Assembly (NCBI GenBank): GCA_918797485.1
Contig: CAKKNE010000005.1
Span: 2,852,001 to 2,916,000 of the forward strand
Reading direction: 5' to 3'
Source: Pelagomonas calceolata
Taxonomy: Eukaryota
Length of the DNA: 64,000 nucleotides
Under the pieces are notes generated by a model. It saw only the letters and a list, made by a program, of their open reading frames with translations. It made no database searches and was not told the DNA's origin. The translations under genes and the position numbers were made by a program. Shown one piece after another: positions 21,919 through 33,807 of this stretch (position 1 is its first letter; the number at the start of each line of letters is the position of its first letter).

Positions 21919-23133
21919 ATGGGCCTCACCAAGGAGGAGGCGGCCAAGATATTGGACTGCGCCGTCGACGACGACGCCGACGCCATTAAAAAAAAGTACC
22001 GGAAGTTGGCGCTCAAGCTGCACCCCGACAAAAATAGGGATGACCCCGAGGCGACGCAAAAGTTCCAGCGCATCGCCGAGGCCCACAAGTGCCTCACTGA
22101 TCCGAATTATGTAGCGGACGAGACGGGAATGAGCGAAGAAGAACTTAAGAAGGAGATGGAGGTCATGTACGAGGTCATGTATGCGCAATTCAAGATGATG
22201 TGCAAGATGAGCGGCATCCCGGCGCCGCCCCCGGAGCTCATGAAGGCCATGATGGCTGGGAGCGTGAAAGACGCCATGGGCGATTCGGACGACGTCGACC
22301 CGCAAGTCAAGGAGCAAATGGAAAATGTAATGAAGGACTTCGGCGGCGACGCCGAGGGGCTCGACGAAATGATGAAGCAGGCGATGTTCGCCGAGATGGA
22401 TAGTGACGACGAGCCCGAGGGCATGGAGGAAATGTTTTCAGCCATGATGGGAGGCGGCGGCGGTCCTGGCGGTGCCGGCGGTTCAGAGGAGGACATGATG
22501 GAAATGATGATGGGTATGATGGGAGGGGCGATGGGCGGCGACGGTGGAGGCGATTCAGAGGCAGCAATGTTAGCAGCCATGATGGGCGGCATGGGTGGTA
22601 TGGGCGACGATAGCGACGACGACGGTGGCGACGGCGAGGAGGATCAAATGGCTGCGATGATGGCTCAGATGATGATGGGGGGCGGCGGGGGCGGAGGCGA
22701 CATGGCCGCAATGATGGCTGCGATGGGCGGCGAGGACATGGACGACGAAGCTCTGGCTCAGATGATGGGCCTCGGTGGGCCGGCGCGGCCTCCCTCCAAG
22801 AGCAAGAAAACCAGGCGCGGCGGCAAGAAAAAGAAGCGCCCCGTGTCCCGCGGCAACGCGCCCGCCTCGGCGCCGGCGGCCGCACCCGAGGCGCCCGCCG
22901 AGGCGCGGCCGCCGAAGCTCGGCGACCGCGTGGAATGCGACTGGGGCGAGGGCGTCGTCAAATTTCTAGGGGCCGTACACTACGCCAAGGGCGACGACTG
23001 GGTCGGCGTGGCGCTGGATGATGCAGACGGCAAGAATGACGGCACGATCAAGGGACAGCAGTATTTCGAGTGCGCGCCGAAGCATGGGGTCATGGTTCGC
23101 GAGGCGGACGTCGATGTGCTGGTAAGCGCATAA
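21919..23133 (+). CDS. DnaJ-domain protein with a Met/Gly-rich linker and a C-terminal CAP-Gly domain
   Basis: LHPDKN J-domain; WVGVALD...GKNDG CAP-Gly signature. Confidence 0.88.
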   Translation: MGLTKEEAAKILDCAVDDDADAIKKKYRKLALKLHPDKNRDDPEATQKFQRIAEAHKCLTDPNYVADETGMSEEELKKEMEVMYEVMYAQFKMMCKMSGIPAPPPELMKAMMAGSVKDAMGDSDDVDPQVKEQMENVMKDFGGDAEGLDEMMKQAMFAEMDSDDEPEGMEEMFSAMMGGGGGPGGAGGSEEDMMEMMMGMMGGAMGGDGGGDSEAAMLAAMMGGMGGMGDDSDDDGGDGEEDQMAAMMAQMMMGGGGGGGDMAAMMAAMGGEDMDDEALAQMMGLGGPARPPSKSKKTRRGGKKKKRPVSRGNAPASAPAAAPEAPAEARPPKLGDRVECDWGEGVVKFLGAVHYAKGDDWVGVALDDADGKNDGTIKGQQYFECAPKHGVMVREADVDVLVSA

Positions 23134-23155
23134 CTTAGTCACATATATTCTTACA

Positions 23156-23833
23156 CTAATTCCACCGGGCGTTCCGCCGGTTGTTCCGCGTCGGGATGAG
23201 GCCGAAGGCGGGGTCGAGGTAGACCTCGGACTTCAATCCCTGGATTTTCAGGAGCCGCGCCGTGCACTGCTCGAGGTCGCCGCCCGCTTTTATTCTAGCC
23301 TTCTTGCACGCGTTGCGGATCTTCTCGAGGCCGTACTCCTGGATGGCGAACTTGTCCGGCAGCGTGTCTAGAGCTTCGAAGAGGCCGCCGTCGTCGAGGG
23401 TCGCGGGATCGACCGCCGGGCGCTCGACCCACTTCTTCTTTCGTGATTCTTTGACGTTCGAATTTAAAACACGCCCCCGGTACTCAAACCCATCAAGAGC
23501 CGCCGAGAGGTCCGCTGCTTGCGTCGCGTCCAGGACCTTCACGAAGGCCAGGCCTCTATCTTTACCAGTCTCCTCGTCGCGCGGCACGGTCACCCGCAAC
23601 ACCTCGGGGTTCACGGGGCTGCCGTCGTCCTTGCGCACCGTGTACACCAGATCTTTGACGTAGTCGTCGCTCATCCCATAAGGCATGTTGCCAACGAAGA
23701 CGTCGGTCGCGGTGCTCGGGAAGACGTCGTCCGATAAAATTGAGGACCGGAGCGCGGGCCGGCATTGCTTGTGGGTGGTTGCGACGAATGCGTGCGAGGC
23801 AGAGAGCGCCAGTACGAGGACGCAGCGATGCAT
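23156..23833 (-). CDS. RRM protein with a plastid-type bipartite presequence and a SAP-like C-terminus
   Basis: ASHAFV cleavage-like motif; RNP2 VFVGNM and RNP1 RGLAFV; GLEKIR..C....KAGG.L...ARL resembles the SDE2/SF3a60 SAP-like region. Confidence 0.75.
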   Translation of the reverse strand: MHRCVLVLALSASHAFVATTHKQCRPALRSSILSDDVFPSTATDVFVGNMPYGMSDDYVKDLVYTVRKDDGSPVNPEVLRVTVPRDEETGKDRGLAFVKVLDATQAADLSAALDGFEYRGRVLNSNVKESRKKKWVERPAVDPATLDDGGLFEALDTLPDKFAIQEYGLEKIRNACKKARIKAGGDLEQCTARLLKIQGLKSEVYLDPAFGLIPTRNNRRNARWN

Positions 23834-24329
23834 GATGACTGGGCTTGCTAGCTGGCAACTCGGCGTTCGCGACACGTGGATTGCGGTTGCTCGTGAGACG
23901 TTGCACGCTCGATGCGGTGTACTCAGGCACTGCAAATTGAAATTTGGAGACTACAGGATGATAAATGCGGCTCGTGAGGGCCTGCGCAAAGGATGGAGGT
24001 GGCAGAGCTTGATGCCTCGACATTTCTAACGCGAGAGCCGTACCACCTGTCATCGCTCGCAGACGACCTTCTAAAGATAGTTCAGAAGCAAAAAGGATTC
24101 CAAAATACATCGCAGGCCCTCAAAACAGGTTTTGTTTTGCAAGCCGCGGATGCCATAAACGCGGCCAATACGGAAGCAGTGGTGCCGTTAGCCTAGTGTT
24201 GTGAAGCTCAAAGACACTGCGCAGCCACACGACCAACGCTGACGCGCGTCCATTACGTATAGAGCGAGAAAAGCTGTACACAGTTTGGAGCTCCGAATTC
24301 ATTTAAAAGCCGGACGCGTTTAACAAAAA

Positions 24330-26873
24330 ATGGAAGCCACCCTCCAAAAGGTCCAGCAAGAGCTCAAATCCGACGAGTGGGAGCTGCGCGTCGACGGCCT
24401 CAAGGCCTTGACAAAGCTCGGCGAGGAGGCGCGGACGCCCGATCAACGCCAGCAGCTCGCGAAGCTCCTCAAGCAGGAGGGCATCGGCAAGCTCGTGACG
24501 GACCAGCTGCGCAACTTGAGAAGCGTCGTCGCGGCGGCGGCCTGCCGCTGCGCCACGGCGCTGGCCACCGGGCTTGGCAGCGACGGCCGCGGTTTAGCGG
24601 ATGAGCACTGGACGGCCACGTTACTGGGCGTGGCGTCCGGCGGCGCGCCGAAGGTCGTGCAGGAGGCCGCGACGCAGGCGTTGAGTGCTATTGTGGATGC
24701 CGCAGCACCAATCGGCAACGCCGCGCTCTTCTCTAGATTGTGCCAGACGGCAGAAACGGCCAAGGCGCCGCCGGCGCGCAAGCACGCCATGGACCTCGCG
24801 GCGCGCGCGTTGGGGAGGTGGCGACCCGATTCTAATTGGGCCCAGGCCGCAAGTGTTGTGGAGAAAAGGGCGCGCGACGCCGACGGGAGCGCCAGAGCGG
24901 CCGCGCGGGGCCTCTGGCTCGCGCTGCGCCACGCGGGCTTCGCGCGGCAGGCCCAGGACTGCCTCGATGCGCTGGACGCGTCGGCGCGCAAGGCCTTTCA
25001 AAAAGCCGCGGCCTCCGCGCCGCCGCCCGGCCCGCCGCTCACGGATCTACCGCCACCAGCAGCACCCAAGCCCAAGCCCAAGCCCAAGCCGGTTCAGAAG
25101 AAGAAGCCCGTCGCTGTTGAACCGCCGCCGCCGCCGTCGCCCGAACGACCGAGGACGAAGCCCACGCCGGCTCTGATCGACGCGCTCGCCCAGCAGTGCG
25201 CGTCGCCGCACTGGGACGTGAGGAGGGACGCCGTGGCTGCCTTAAGGGAGGCCCAGCGCGACGGCGTAACGGGAGATGACCGCAAGTCCGCCTGGCGGGC
25301 GCTGGTCGTGGCCGTCGGCGACGCGCACCATAAAGTAGCCTTGGCCGCCTTGGAGGCGTGTTGTGCGGGCTTGGACGCCGGTAGGGAAGATGTCGAGGGC
25401 TTGTTGGCCTCGATTCCCGATAGACCGTTCGGCGTCGCGTCATCATTAGGTTTACTGGTCACAAGGTGCTGTTCTCGGTTAGCTGACGGAAGAGCACCTT
25501 TACGAAGAGCGGCGGGCAACTGCTTGGACGGTGCTCGCCGAGCCTTCGCGCCAGGAGCTTTGTTACACGCGGCGGCGCCGGCGACGAACGCCCTGACACC
25601 TCTGAGGGCGCGAGCCGCTTTACATGAGTTCCTCGCGGCCGTCGCGCGCGTCGACGGCGAGGCGCAGGGGGCGTCCTATCTCGCCGACGATACGCACTTA
25701 CATACGCTTGTCAGTCGAGTCGCCGCCACTCTAGCATCAACAAGATCCGCCTCGACACAACGGGAAACGGCGGCCAATGATGGTGCGGCCCCGTGCCACG
25801 CCGCGGCCACTCGATTGTTAGTTGCGTTGTTCCGGGCAGACAGGAATAGGGTCGCATCGAGGGTCGCGAAGCTGTCACTCAACGAAAAGCAGGCCTGCGA
25901 GCACGCTCTCAGAGATGCCGCCCCCGATTTCAAGAGTGCTGTATCTGCATCAAGGAAGGAGGAGACCGCGGCGCCCTCCAACATCGTGAGCGAGGAGACG
26001 GAGCGCGCCGCTCGAAGTACATTAAGTGCGGCGGTGGCAGCCTTAGCGCGGGAAGTGCGGGGCGGCGCCGACGCCCGACGGGACGCGTCGGCCGCGCGCG
26101 CGGACATCGCGCGCATCGCCCGCAAGGACCTGTTGAGCGCGTGCTGGAGCGACAAGTGCGACGCCGTGGCCCACTTGCTCGTGGAAAGAGCCTGCGGCGG
26201 CGCCGCCACGAGCGCGGAGCGCTACCTGACTGTCGACGACTCGGACGATTCAAATGATGGGAGGTTCCACACGCGGCGGGGCGTCGCCAAACAACCGACG
26301 ACGTCTTTATCTGATCTGGCGGCGCGGCACGAGTCGCTCGCGGCGCTGCGGACGCTGGCTAGACGAAGACCGAAGGCCTTCCGCGGCTCGGTCGACTCCT
26401 GCGTCCCGCGACTCTTGCAGCTCGCGCGGAGCACGACAGCACCCTTGGAGCTCGCCTGGGCGGCGGAACGCGTCGTCGCGGCGGTCGCCGATCGCGGCGA
26501 CGCCGCGCGGTGTCTCGAATTGCTCTTGCCGGATGTCTTCGACGCGACGCCCCCCAAAACGGCGGACGCGGCCTTTTTGGAGGCCTTGGACGCCGCCGCG
26601 AGCCGCGCGCCTCTATGTAGATTGGCGGGGCTCTGCTGCGCGCGGGCGCCGGCGCAGAGCGTGCGGAACGCGCTCCCGACGCTGTTGCCGGCGCTCGGGG
26701 CGGCTTGTAGTGCTCCCGGCGCCGACGTCCGCAAGGCCGCCGTCGACGGGTTGGTGGACGTGTATCGCGCATTGGGCGACGGCGTCGTGCCGAAGTTCAA
26801 GCAGTTTTTGCGGGAGGACCAGGTGCGGCTCGTGGGGACGTACGTGCACCGCGCGGGGCTCTCGGCGGCTTAG
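24330..26873 (+). CDS. CLASP/TOG-like HEAT-repeat microtubule-associated protein
   Basis: WELRVDGL, NLRSVVA..AC, HWDVR..A and DVRKAAV..LV motifs typical of CLASP TOG domains. Confidence 0.78.
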   Translation: MEATLQKVQQELKSDEWELRVDGLKALTKLGEEARTPDQRQQLAKLLKQEGIGKLVTDQLRNLRSVVAAAACRCATALATGLGSDGRGLADEHWTATLLGVASGGAPKVVQEAATQALSAIVDAAAPIGNAALFSRLCQTAETAKAPPARKHAMDLAARALGRWRPDSNWAQAASVVEKRARDADGSARAAARGLWLALRHAGFARQAQDCLDALDASARKAFQKAAASAPPPGPPLTDLPPPAAPKPKPKPKPVQKKKPVAVEPPPPPSPERPRTKPTPALIDALAQQCASPHWDVRRDAVAALREAQRDGVTGDDRKSAWRALVVAVGDAHHKVALAALEACCAGLDAGREDVEGLLASIPDRPFGVASSLGLLVTRCCSRLADGRAPLRRAAGNCLDGARRAFAPGALLHAAAPATNALTPLRARAALHEFLAAVARVDGEAQGASYLADDTHLHTLVSRVAATLASTRSASTQRETAANDGAAPCHAAATRLLVALFRADRNRVASRVAKLSLNEKQACEHALRDAAPDFKSAVSASRKEETAAPSNIVSEETERAARSTLSAAVAALAREVRGGADARRDASAARADIARIARKDLLSACWSDKCDAVAHLLVERACGGAATSAERYLTVDDSDDSNDGRFHTRRGVAKQPTTSLSDLAARHESLAALRTLARRRPKAFRGSVDSCVPRLLQLARSTTAPLELAWAAERVVAAVADRGDAARCLELLLPDVFDATPPKTADAAFLEALDAAASRAPLCRLAGLCCARAPAQSVRNALPTLLPALGAACSAPGADVRKAAVDGLVDVYRALGDGVVPKFKQFLREDQVRLVGTYVHRAGLSAA

Positions 26874-27137
26874 TTTTTGAGGGAGTAAGTTTATCACAGA
26901 CGAATCTTTGGACCGGCGTTTGTAGAGCGTTCGCGTGGCGCGTTTTTTAGTTAAAAAAATCGGGTTTACTATCCTGGACTGCAAGTCGGTCAACTAGTTA
27001 TTGCGGTCGTCGGCGGGCCCAAAAAAAGCATCTCTTGAACCGCTGCACTGCGCCAAGGTATTGGGCATAAAATATTAGCACCAGTGACCCCTGGGGCGGC
27101 AGTGGGGCCTGGGCCATTAAGCATCACTTAGAGAGCG

Positions 27138-28175
27138 ATGATGGCCGACCAAGAGGATGAACCCGCGGCGACGGACTTGGAGTTGCCGACCGACTCCTCG
27201 TCAGAAGCCGAGAGCGACTCCTCGTCAGAAGCCGCCCCACCGAGCCAGGCTCGGTGCACCGAGAGCAGTGATTCTGATGATAACGACGAGATGCCGTCCC
27301 TCGAAGATGACCGCGGTACGATAGCGCCCGCCGCAAGAGCAGACATGGCACCGGAGGAGCCGGAAACGGTCCTCGAGGATAATGAGACGGCGCGCGCGCC
27401 CGCGCCCGTGAATGACGAGGACGCGAACCCTACAAAGGAGGCCAAGTGTGTCGAAGCTATCTCTGCGGCCGCGGCCAATTTGGTCTGTCCCATAGCACAA
27501 GCCCTCCCGACCGACCCTGTGACGGCCGAAGACGGACACATATACGAGCGCGGAGCAATCGAGAGTTGGTTCCGGGCGAAAGATGGAGACCCGACCAGCC
27601 CGATAACTGGCGCCCGCATGGGCACGCGGTTGCTGGAAGCGCACCAGGTTCGCAATACGATCGAGGCGCTCGTCAAGTCCGGCGCAGTCGACAGCGAGCT
27701 GGCCACGGCGTGGCGGCAGAAGCTCAAGGACGAGACGTGGGTGAAGGAGACGCGCGCGAAGGCGGAAGTTGGCGACGGCGGCGCTATGTGTCTGCTCGGT
27801 GCGTGGTACGGATCTGGCATGAAGGGCCTCGCGAAAGACTTAGTCCAATCTCGCGCGTGGTACGAGCGCAGCGCGGCGACCAGAACACCACAAGGGATGG
27901 CAATGTTTGGTTTCTATCTCCTGTGTGGCATCGGTGGGCCCGAGGACATTGCATTCGGGCTCGTGAACCTGACCGAGGCGGCGGGTCTGGGTTCGGATTT
28001 TGCTGCGTATACGCTTGGCGAAGCGTTCTTCAACGGCGATTGCGGCCTGCCGAAGGACCCTGCTCGGGCGCGGTTCTGGCTGAAGAAAATCGTCGACGGC
28101 GAGTGCAAGCACAAGCACCTGAACGAAGCCGGTAGAGCCGACGCGGCGGCATGGCTTCGCGAGCTGGACGGGTAG
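27138..28175 (+). CDS. U-box plus Sel1-repeat protein
   Basis: CPIAQALPTDPV..EDGHIYER.AIE.W...SPITG U-box; Sel1-like LGAWY..G..G..KD...WY. Confidence 0.88.
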   Translation: MMADQEDEPAATDLELPTDSSSEAESDSSSEAAPPSQARCTESSDSDDNDEMPSLEDDRGTIAPAARADMAPEEPETVLEDNETARAPAPVNDEDANPTKEAKCVEAISAAAANLVCPIAQALPTDPVTAEDGHIYERGAIESWFRAKDGDPTSPITGARMGTRLLEAHQVRNTIEALVKSGAVDSELATAWRQKLKDETWVKETRAKAEVGDGGAMCLLGAWYGSGMKGLAKDLVQSRAWYERSAATRTPQGMAMFGFYLLCGIGGPEDIAFGLVNLTEAAGLGSDFAAYTLGEAFFNGDCGLPKDPARARFWLKKIVDGECKHKHLNEAGRADAAAWLRELDG

Positions 28176-28403
28176 GCGAACGCGCTAGAGGAATAAGAAA
28201 TATCTAGTTAATTCCGCAAGAGAGGTACTGAAGCGCATGCCTGGGGTGTAAGTATCCTCATTTACAGTACCAGCCCTGACGCCAGCCGAGCACACAGGAA
28301 GTGTCGTTAGAGCTGGGGGCGCGCGCGCCGCCGAAGCTAGAGGCCCCCGAAGAGCGTGCCGAACGCCGTCGCGTCGCACGCGCACGCCGCCGCCGCGCCG
28401 AAG

Positions 28404-29597
28404 CTAGAGGTCCCCGTCGAGCGTGCCGAACGTCGCCATCGCGTCGGACATGGGCGGGTCGGCCGAGACGACGTGGCAGCCCTGGTAGCACGGCGAGCAG
28501 ATGTAGAACTTGCCCCCCTTCCACTGGTCGTGCTTCGTGCTTAATGAATCGACCGCTCTTCTCATCGCATTCGCGACGCCGTTCTCCTGTCTTTCTTCCC
28601 TCGTCTGCGTGAAGATGTCGCCGCCCGTCGCGCCCGAGCAGATCGCTAAGATGGTCGGTCCCGCCCCACTCAGGAAGGCGCCGTGGGCGCCGGCGTTGAT
28701 CGCCGCCTGGCACATCGGTTTCAAATGAGGATAGATCGTCGCGCGCGCCGGCTGGTGCAGGACGTCCTCCGTCGCGAATCTTAAGAGACTAAGGTCCCCG
28801 CGATGAAGGCAATCGATCAACAACGCCGTGCGCTGGATGTTGAAGACGGCTTGTTCTCTGGGGACATCCGGAGGCAACAGAGCTCTCATTTCATTCGTCT
28901 TGTCCGCAGAGGCGAAGGAGAACCTCGTCGCTTCGGACGGCACGTAGGCTACTAAGCGTAGACCCTCGGGGATGGGGACTCTACGAGAGAGGGCTAGCTG
29001 AGCATTCAGTCGAGGCCCGCCGCCCATGTCGACCGGTGAGAGCTGCACGGACAACTGGATGCCCCCATAGATGGACGGCGCCACGTTATCGGGGTGGCCC
29101 TCCATCTCCGTCGCTAATTGTAAAAGTTCTTCGGGCAGCCACTGGGGGTGGCCCGGGTCGTAGCCCGCTCGCAACTCGAGGCCAGCCAAGGCTAGACCAG
29201 CAACTAAACCTCCCACAATAGCCGCCGACGACGACCCGAACCCGGAACAAACCGGGATCCGGTTCCGGCAGTGGACCTTGACCCGGGGCATGGGTTCGCC
29301 CGCGTATTCAAAGGCTCTTTTAAGGGCCTTGATGACCATGTGGTTCGACTCGCCGTTGTCGTCCACCGTCTCCGGGATGGCGCCGGCGCCCTCGCCCTCC
29401 GTCGTGATCTTGAACTTTGCCGCGCGCTCCACACTAATCTCGTTCCAAATATCTAGGCCCAAACCGAGTGCGTCGAAGCCCGGGCCCATGTTCGCTGAGG
29501 TTGCGGGGACACGCACTACTACTTTGTTGCGTGGATTTTTTTGGGAGTTCTGGCTACGGACGCGCTTCATGGTAAGGGGCGGGTCGACTCCGTACAT
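28404..29597 (-). CDS. thrB: Homoserine kinase (GHMP family)
   Basis: VPATSANMGPGFD.LG, IPVCSGFGSSSAA, EGHPDNVAP, LSGAGPT. Confidence 0.94.
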   Translation of the reverse strand: MYGVDPPLTMKRVRSQNSQKNPRNKVVVRVPATSANMGPGFDALGLGLDIWNEISVERAAKFKITTEGEGAGAIPETVDDNGESNHMVIKALKRAFEYAGEPMPRVKVHCRNRIPVCSGFGSSSAAIVGGLVAGLALAGLELRAGYDPGHPQWLPEELLQLATEMEGHPDNVAPSIYGGIQLSVQLSPVDMGGGPRLNAQLALSRRVPIPEGLRLVAYVPSEATRFSFASADKTNEMRALLPPDVPREQAVFNIQRTALLIDCLHRGDLSLLRFATEDVLHQPARATIYPHLKPMCQAAINAGAHGAFLSGAGPTILAICSGATGGDIFTQTREERQENGVANAMRRAVDSLSTKHDQWKGGKFYICSPCYQGCHVVSADPPMSDAMATFGTLDGDL

Positions 29598-30175
29598 CGT
29601 CTCCTTTGCTTGCTTTGCTCTCGGTCTTGCTTTGCTCTCGGTCAGGTCTGGTTGCAGTCGCTCTGAGTTTCTCGCTACGTGCTGGCGAAATCAAAGCGGT
29701 CTGCTGTCAGCGCACATTTTTTGCGCGAGCCTTCTGCGCGGCTCCAGGCGCTCCGGCACGCTCGCTCGTGCACTTTGCTGCTGCTGCAATAATGACGCTA
29801 GCGCTCAGTAAGACACTAGAAATCAGTTCTGGACGAGTCCCCTGGGGCGGGGAGGGGTCCCGCGAAAACCGCGCAAAACCCGTCGGTTAAATTGAGGCTA
29901 GGCTAGGCTGGAAGCGTCGATTTCGCGGCCGGCGCGCCTTCGATGTCGAGCTTTCCCCGCCGGGCGTGCGAATAATGCAAGACCAAAGGAGTACAAGTGT
30001 ATAGGAAGGGTATAGGATAGAGGGGGGGTATTTCGCCCTATTATCGCAGGGCGCCAGAAACGTCTTCCCTCTGACGGACGCGTCGACGCCGTCGAGCGCT
30101 AGTCACCAATCGACGGCGCCGCCCCGACGCCATCGACGAAAATACGAATAAACCCAACCTTAGGCGAAGGGAGAC

Positions 30176-31933
30176 CTAGTCCGACTCGCTCTCCTCCTCC
30201 TGCACCACCTCATCGTCGTCCTCGCTATCGTCGCCCTCGAACGTATTGGGAGGCACGGCGTAGATCCGAACCAGAGGCTTCAGCCCGTCGCGCGCGATGA
30301 CGTACTTGCCGTCGTCCTTGTCCAACAACAAGTCCACGAGCATTTTGATGATGCCCCACATGTTGTTCACGTTGAGCGTGATTTGCGTCGCGAACTCCTT
30401 GGGCTTGTAGAACTGCGTCGCGAGCACCACATGATCATAAGGATTGGTCCGAGCGACGCGAGAGACATAGCCGAGCTTCATCTGCTCCGCGCCCGCCAGT
30501 ATGGATTGCGCCGTCCACCTTGCTAGCTTACAGCTATTGTTCTTGAGCTCCGTCGCAAGCACGGCGCCTCTTTGAGCGTCGATCTTCTGGCGCCACTCGA
30601 CGCCTCCGCTCAACTTACTATCCCACTCGTTGAGCGCGAACGCGGTCATCTTCTGGAGGTCGCCGCGCTTGTCCACAACAGCGTGGACTTCCGTACGAGC
30701 CACGAGCGCATGTTCCCCCAGCTGGAATTTGCGGTAGCGATACGCGAGTGAAGCGGGCTTCGCCTCCGCGTTTTCCGTGTCCGCGAACGGGTTCGGCAGG
30801 GACATCTTCTCCGGAGCTTTGTCAGAGAGAATTTGCTGCGAGAAGTTCTGGTTGATCATGGTCGCTTCGATGGACAACTTGTCGGGCGTGTTGATATCTG
30901 ACGTAGGCTCGTCGTCCTCCTTCTTGTTCCTTCGCCGGTCGAAGCGTTTGGCCTCTTCGATCTCCTCGAGGGACTTCGGGGGGTCGTGAGACGTTTCCGA
31001 CACCGTCAAGTAATCGAAGTTCGCCGTGTCGCGCTTGTCGAAGACTAGGACGCCATCTAATTTTTGCACGACCACATCCCAAGGATAAACAGATCTAGGA
31101 GCCGCCATCAGTAACGAAAAGATAGCGTCCGTACCGTAGACCGTACCGGCCTGTTCCTCCGCTAGTTTCTCGATGGCCGGGTCATCTGTGGTGGATACGT
31201 AGTAGAACTCCCGGTTCTCCGCTCGTTGCAGCGGTTTCTGCGTCCTCGTACTGACGCGATCGTAGGAATCGTCGTACAGCGCAAGTTCACCGGCCCACAA
31301 CAAGTCAGACGCCTCGGGCGCCGCCGTCGACAGTTTGTTGAGCTGTCCTAAATCAAACTCCTCGACACAAACCCAAGAACCGCGCACGTTGACCGAAGAA
31401 CCTCTATCAACTTTCTGGACATGAGGTCTTCTATTCCCCCAGCCCCGGCCGCGGCCCCAGCGCTTCCCGCCCGTGCCCGTACCTTTGCCCTTGCCCTTGC
31501 CCTGGCCCTGGCCCTTGCCTTTGCTGTACGTCACGCCGCCGAACCCGCGACCGCGCCCGCCCGCCCCCCGGCCTCTTCCACGCATCTGCCAGGGCTTCTT
31601 GAAACCCTGGTCGAAGCGGCTACCGGTCTGTTTTTTGGCAGTGTCGACCAGTCGGAACGACGCGTCTTCCGCCGCGTCGTGCTTGAACTGGAAGGTCTCG
31701 TTCTTGAAGTCGCCGTCGCGGTCCCGCGCGTCCCGTTCTCTTCTGTATTTTTGTTTTTGTTGATAGTAGGCAGAGGCAGTGAAGTCCGCGGCTCTTCCCA
31801 ATCGGTCGCCTTTCCCGAAGGGCGCGTAGGGCACGTCCAAAAACTGCTTCGGCAGGTCGTCTTCGGTGGGACCCCAGCCACCGGGATTGAAGTGGACGTC
31901 GGGCGTGTCGAAGCTTTGGGCTTGTGCGGCCAT
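30176..31933 (-). CDS. eIF3d: Translation initiation factor 3 subunit D
   Basis: [38 protein letters not shown]. Confidence 0.95.
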   Translation of the reverse strand: MAAQAQSFDTPDVHFNPGGWGPTEDDLPKQFLDVPYAPFGKGDRLGRAADFTASAYYQQKQKYRRERDARDRDGDFKNETFQFKHDAAEDASFRLVDTAKKQTGSRFDQGFKKPWQMRGRGRGAGGRGRGFGGVTYSKGKGQGQGKGKGKGTGTGGKRWGRGRGWGNRRPHVQKVDRGSSVNVRGSWVCVEEFDLGQLNKLSTAAPEASDLLWAGELALYDDSYDRVSTRTQKPLQRAENREFYYVSTTDDPAIEKLAEEQAGTVYGTDAIFSLLMAAPRSVYPWDVVVQKLDGVLVFDKRDTANFDYLTVSETSHDPPKSLEEIEEAKRFDRRRNKKEDDEPTSDINTPDKLSIEATMINQNFSQQILSDKAPEKMSLPNPFADTENAEAKPASLAYRYRKFQLGEHALVARTEVHAVVDKRGDLQKMTAFALNEWDSKLSGGVEWRQKIDAQRGAVLATELKNNSCKLARWTAQSILAGAEQMKLGYVSRVARTNPYDHVVLATQFYKPKEFATQITLNVNNMWGIIKMLVDLLLDKDDGKYVIARDGLKPLVRIYAVPPNTFEGDDSEDDDEVVQEEESESD

Positions 31934-32427
31934 GGTCTCCTTGGGTTGCTCGGCGACGGCGTCAGGCGAGGTGCTCGCGACGCGTGCTCTTGCAGCGCTG
32001 GGCGTGAAGCGCTGCGACGATGCTTTGTATCGAGCACTGAGCTCAGTATCGCCGCTTTTAAGCACGCTAAAGAGAGGCTCGCCTACTTTGTTGGCCTAGT
32101 GTCTTGCAGGACGCTAGCAAACGGAATGGTCCGGACCTCTCTTAGCCGCCGCCTGTATGGCTCTGAGATCAGGAACACGAGTCGCCAGCGATTTTAAGTC
32201 GAGCCCAGTCGAGCCCTTGGCACAAAAGCAGGCTAAATATCGCTGCCCTGCCTGCGCCTTCACTACAAAATTGCTACACAAATCAGCAATCGAACGGGTC
32301 GTTAGTGCTGCCATACTTTCGCCCCTGCGAGTTATAGCATCTGTGGCGCCCTGTCGCCAGAGTTAAGCCCACCCAGCAGCCTGCGCGCCGCATCACTTGC
32401 GCCGCAGTCGAGTTGGTAAGCGACGCG

Positions 32428-33069
32428 ATGGCCAGCACCAGCCGTTCTCGCAGCCGCAGCCGCAGCGAGCGCAAGTCCAAGCGGCGGTCGCGGTCCCGGT
32501 CCAGAAGTCCGCGGCGCCGCAGCCGCAGCCGCGACCGCAAAGCCGTCGACGCCAGGAGAGACGACCCCGACGCCGGTGAAGGAGTGTCATTATTATGCAG
32601 AAATCTGGGCTACAACACGGACAAGGAGGTCGTGCGGAACGCCTTCAAGGAATTTGGAAGGGTCGTGGACGTCTACCTGCCTCTGGATTACATGACGAAG
32701 CAGCCGCGCGGCTTCGCCTTCGTGGAAATGGGCGACCGGCGGTCCGCGGCCGCGGCCATCGACGGGCTGGACGGGAAGGTCATCGACAACCGCGCCGTCA
32801 AGGTGCTGTTTGCGACACAGAAGCGGAAACGGCCGGACCAGATGCAGACCTTAGATCCTAGAACAGCGCGCGGCGCGTACCGCGGGCCGCCGCGCGGGCC
32901 GCCGCCGCCCGGTTATGGCTATGGTGGTGGTTATGGTGGTGGTGGCGGCCCGCGCGGCCGGTCGCCGAGGCGCTCTCGGCGCGACCGGTCGCGGTCGCGG
33001 TCGCGGTCGCGCCGGCGCCGGCGTCGCGACCGGTCTCCCTCTAGATCGCGGTCGCGCCGCCGCGACTAG
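32428..33069 (+). CDS. SR splicing factor with a single RRM (SC35/SCL/SRSF10-like)
   Basis: SLLCRNL, DVYLPLDY.T..PRGFAFVE, RS domains at both ends. Confidence 0.88.
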   Translation: MASTSRSRSRSRSERKSKRRSRSRSRSPRRRSRSRDRKAVDARRDDPDAGEGVSLLCRNLGYNTDKEVVRNAFKEFGRVVDVYLPLDYMTKQPRGFAFVEMGDRRSAAAAIDGLDGKVIDNRAVKVLFATQKRKRPDQMQTLDPRTARGAYRGPPRGPPPPGYGYGGGYGGGGGPRGRSPRRSRRDRSRSRSRSRRRRRRDRSPSRSRSRRRD

Positions 33070-33094
33070 CGCGTACTCCTTATAAGGTCTTATA

Positions 33095-33555
33095 TCATAG
33101 TGAGGTAAACGCGAAGTAGCCGATCACAGCCGCGAAGAGAACTCCTTTGGCGACGAGGAGCTGCTGGTTCAGCGCCTTCTCGGCGGCTTTTTCTTCTTCA
33201 GTCATGTCCTCGGTCTTTTTCCTTGCGGCCGCCAGCGCCGTCGACGCGCGCGACCTGTGCGTGCACGGGCTGAATCGATCGGTGAGAGACCACACCGCCA
33301 CGCCGTCGTGCATCGGTGAGAGACCACACCGCCACGCCGTCGTGCAGACCTCGCGTCGATGGCGTGGAGGCCATGATTCAGCAGTGGCGAAGACCCGCCG
33401 CGACAATTTGATTGATGCACAGCGCGCGACGACGCGGCGACGGGCGCGGCCGCGGCCGGGCTGGTCATTTTCGTTGCGGGGGTGAGCATTCCTTGCGGGG
33501 GCGAAAAGGCCACCGCCGTGCTGGCCGCGATCAATGATAGGATGAAAGCGCGCAT
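33095..33555 (-). CDS. Small, probably plastid-targeted membrane protein; one introner intron (33255-33430)
   Basis: Signal peptide with AVAFSP motif; removing the GT-AG intron joins ...PVAAS to SRASTALAAARKK...GYFAFTSL in frame. Confidence 0.7.
33255..33422. mobile_element. Introner element (168 bp) with a perfect 8-bp TSD
   Basis: CGCGCGAC at 33247-33254 and 33423-33430; TIRs CTGTGCGT / ATGCACAG; internal 34-bp tandem duplication. Confidence 0.88.
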
Positions 33556-33807
33556 CGCTTATTCTCGAGTGCTCTGCGGCTGCAGTGGGCAGTGCTAGTC
33601 TTTTGGCGTACAGGGATGCGTTTCGTCGACTCTGAGCGCTGTGGCTGCGACGCACAGTTCAAGAGAGGAGCAAATTTAGTTCCGGACCGACACGCGTAGC
33701 AGCCTCACTTTTTGTGCAGTGAGAGCAAAAACCTATAATCCAGCTAGCGGTCCGTAAGACACTAGCAATTTTAGCAGTACCTGTCGCTTGAAAGAAGCGC
33801 CGTCTGA

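Noticed and set aside
30068..30150. Intron-type motif ACGCCATCGACG in the eIF3d 3' region, possibly a UTR intron
   Set aside because: Splice sites cannot be fixed without a reading-frame constraint or transcript data
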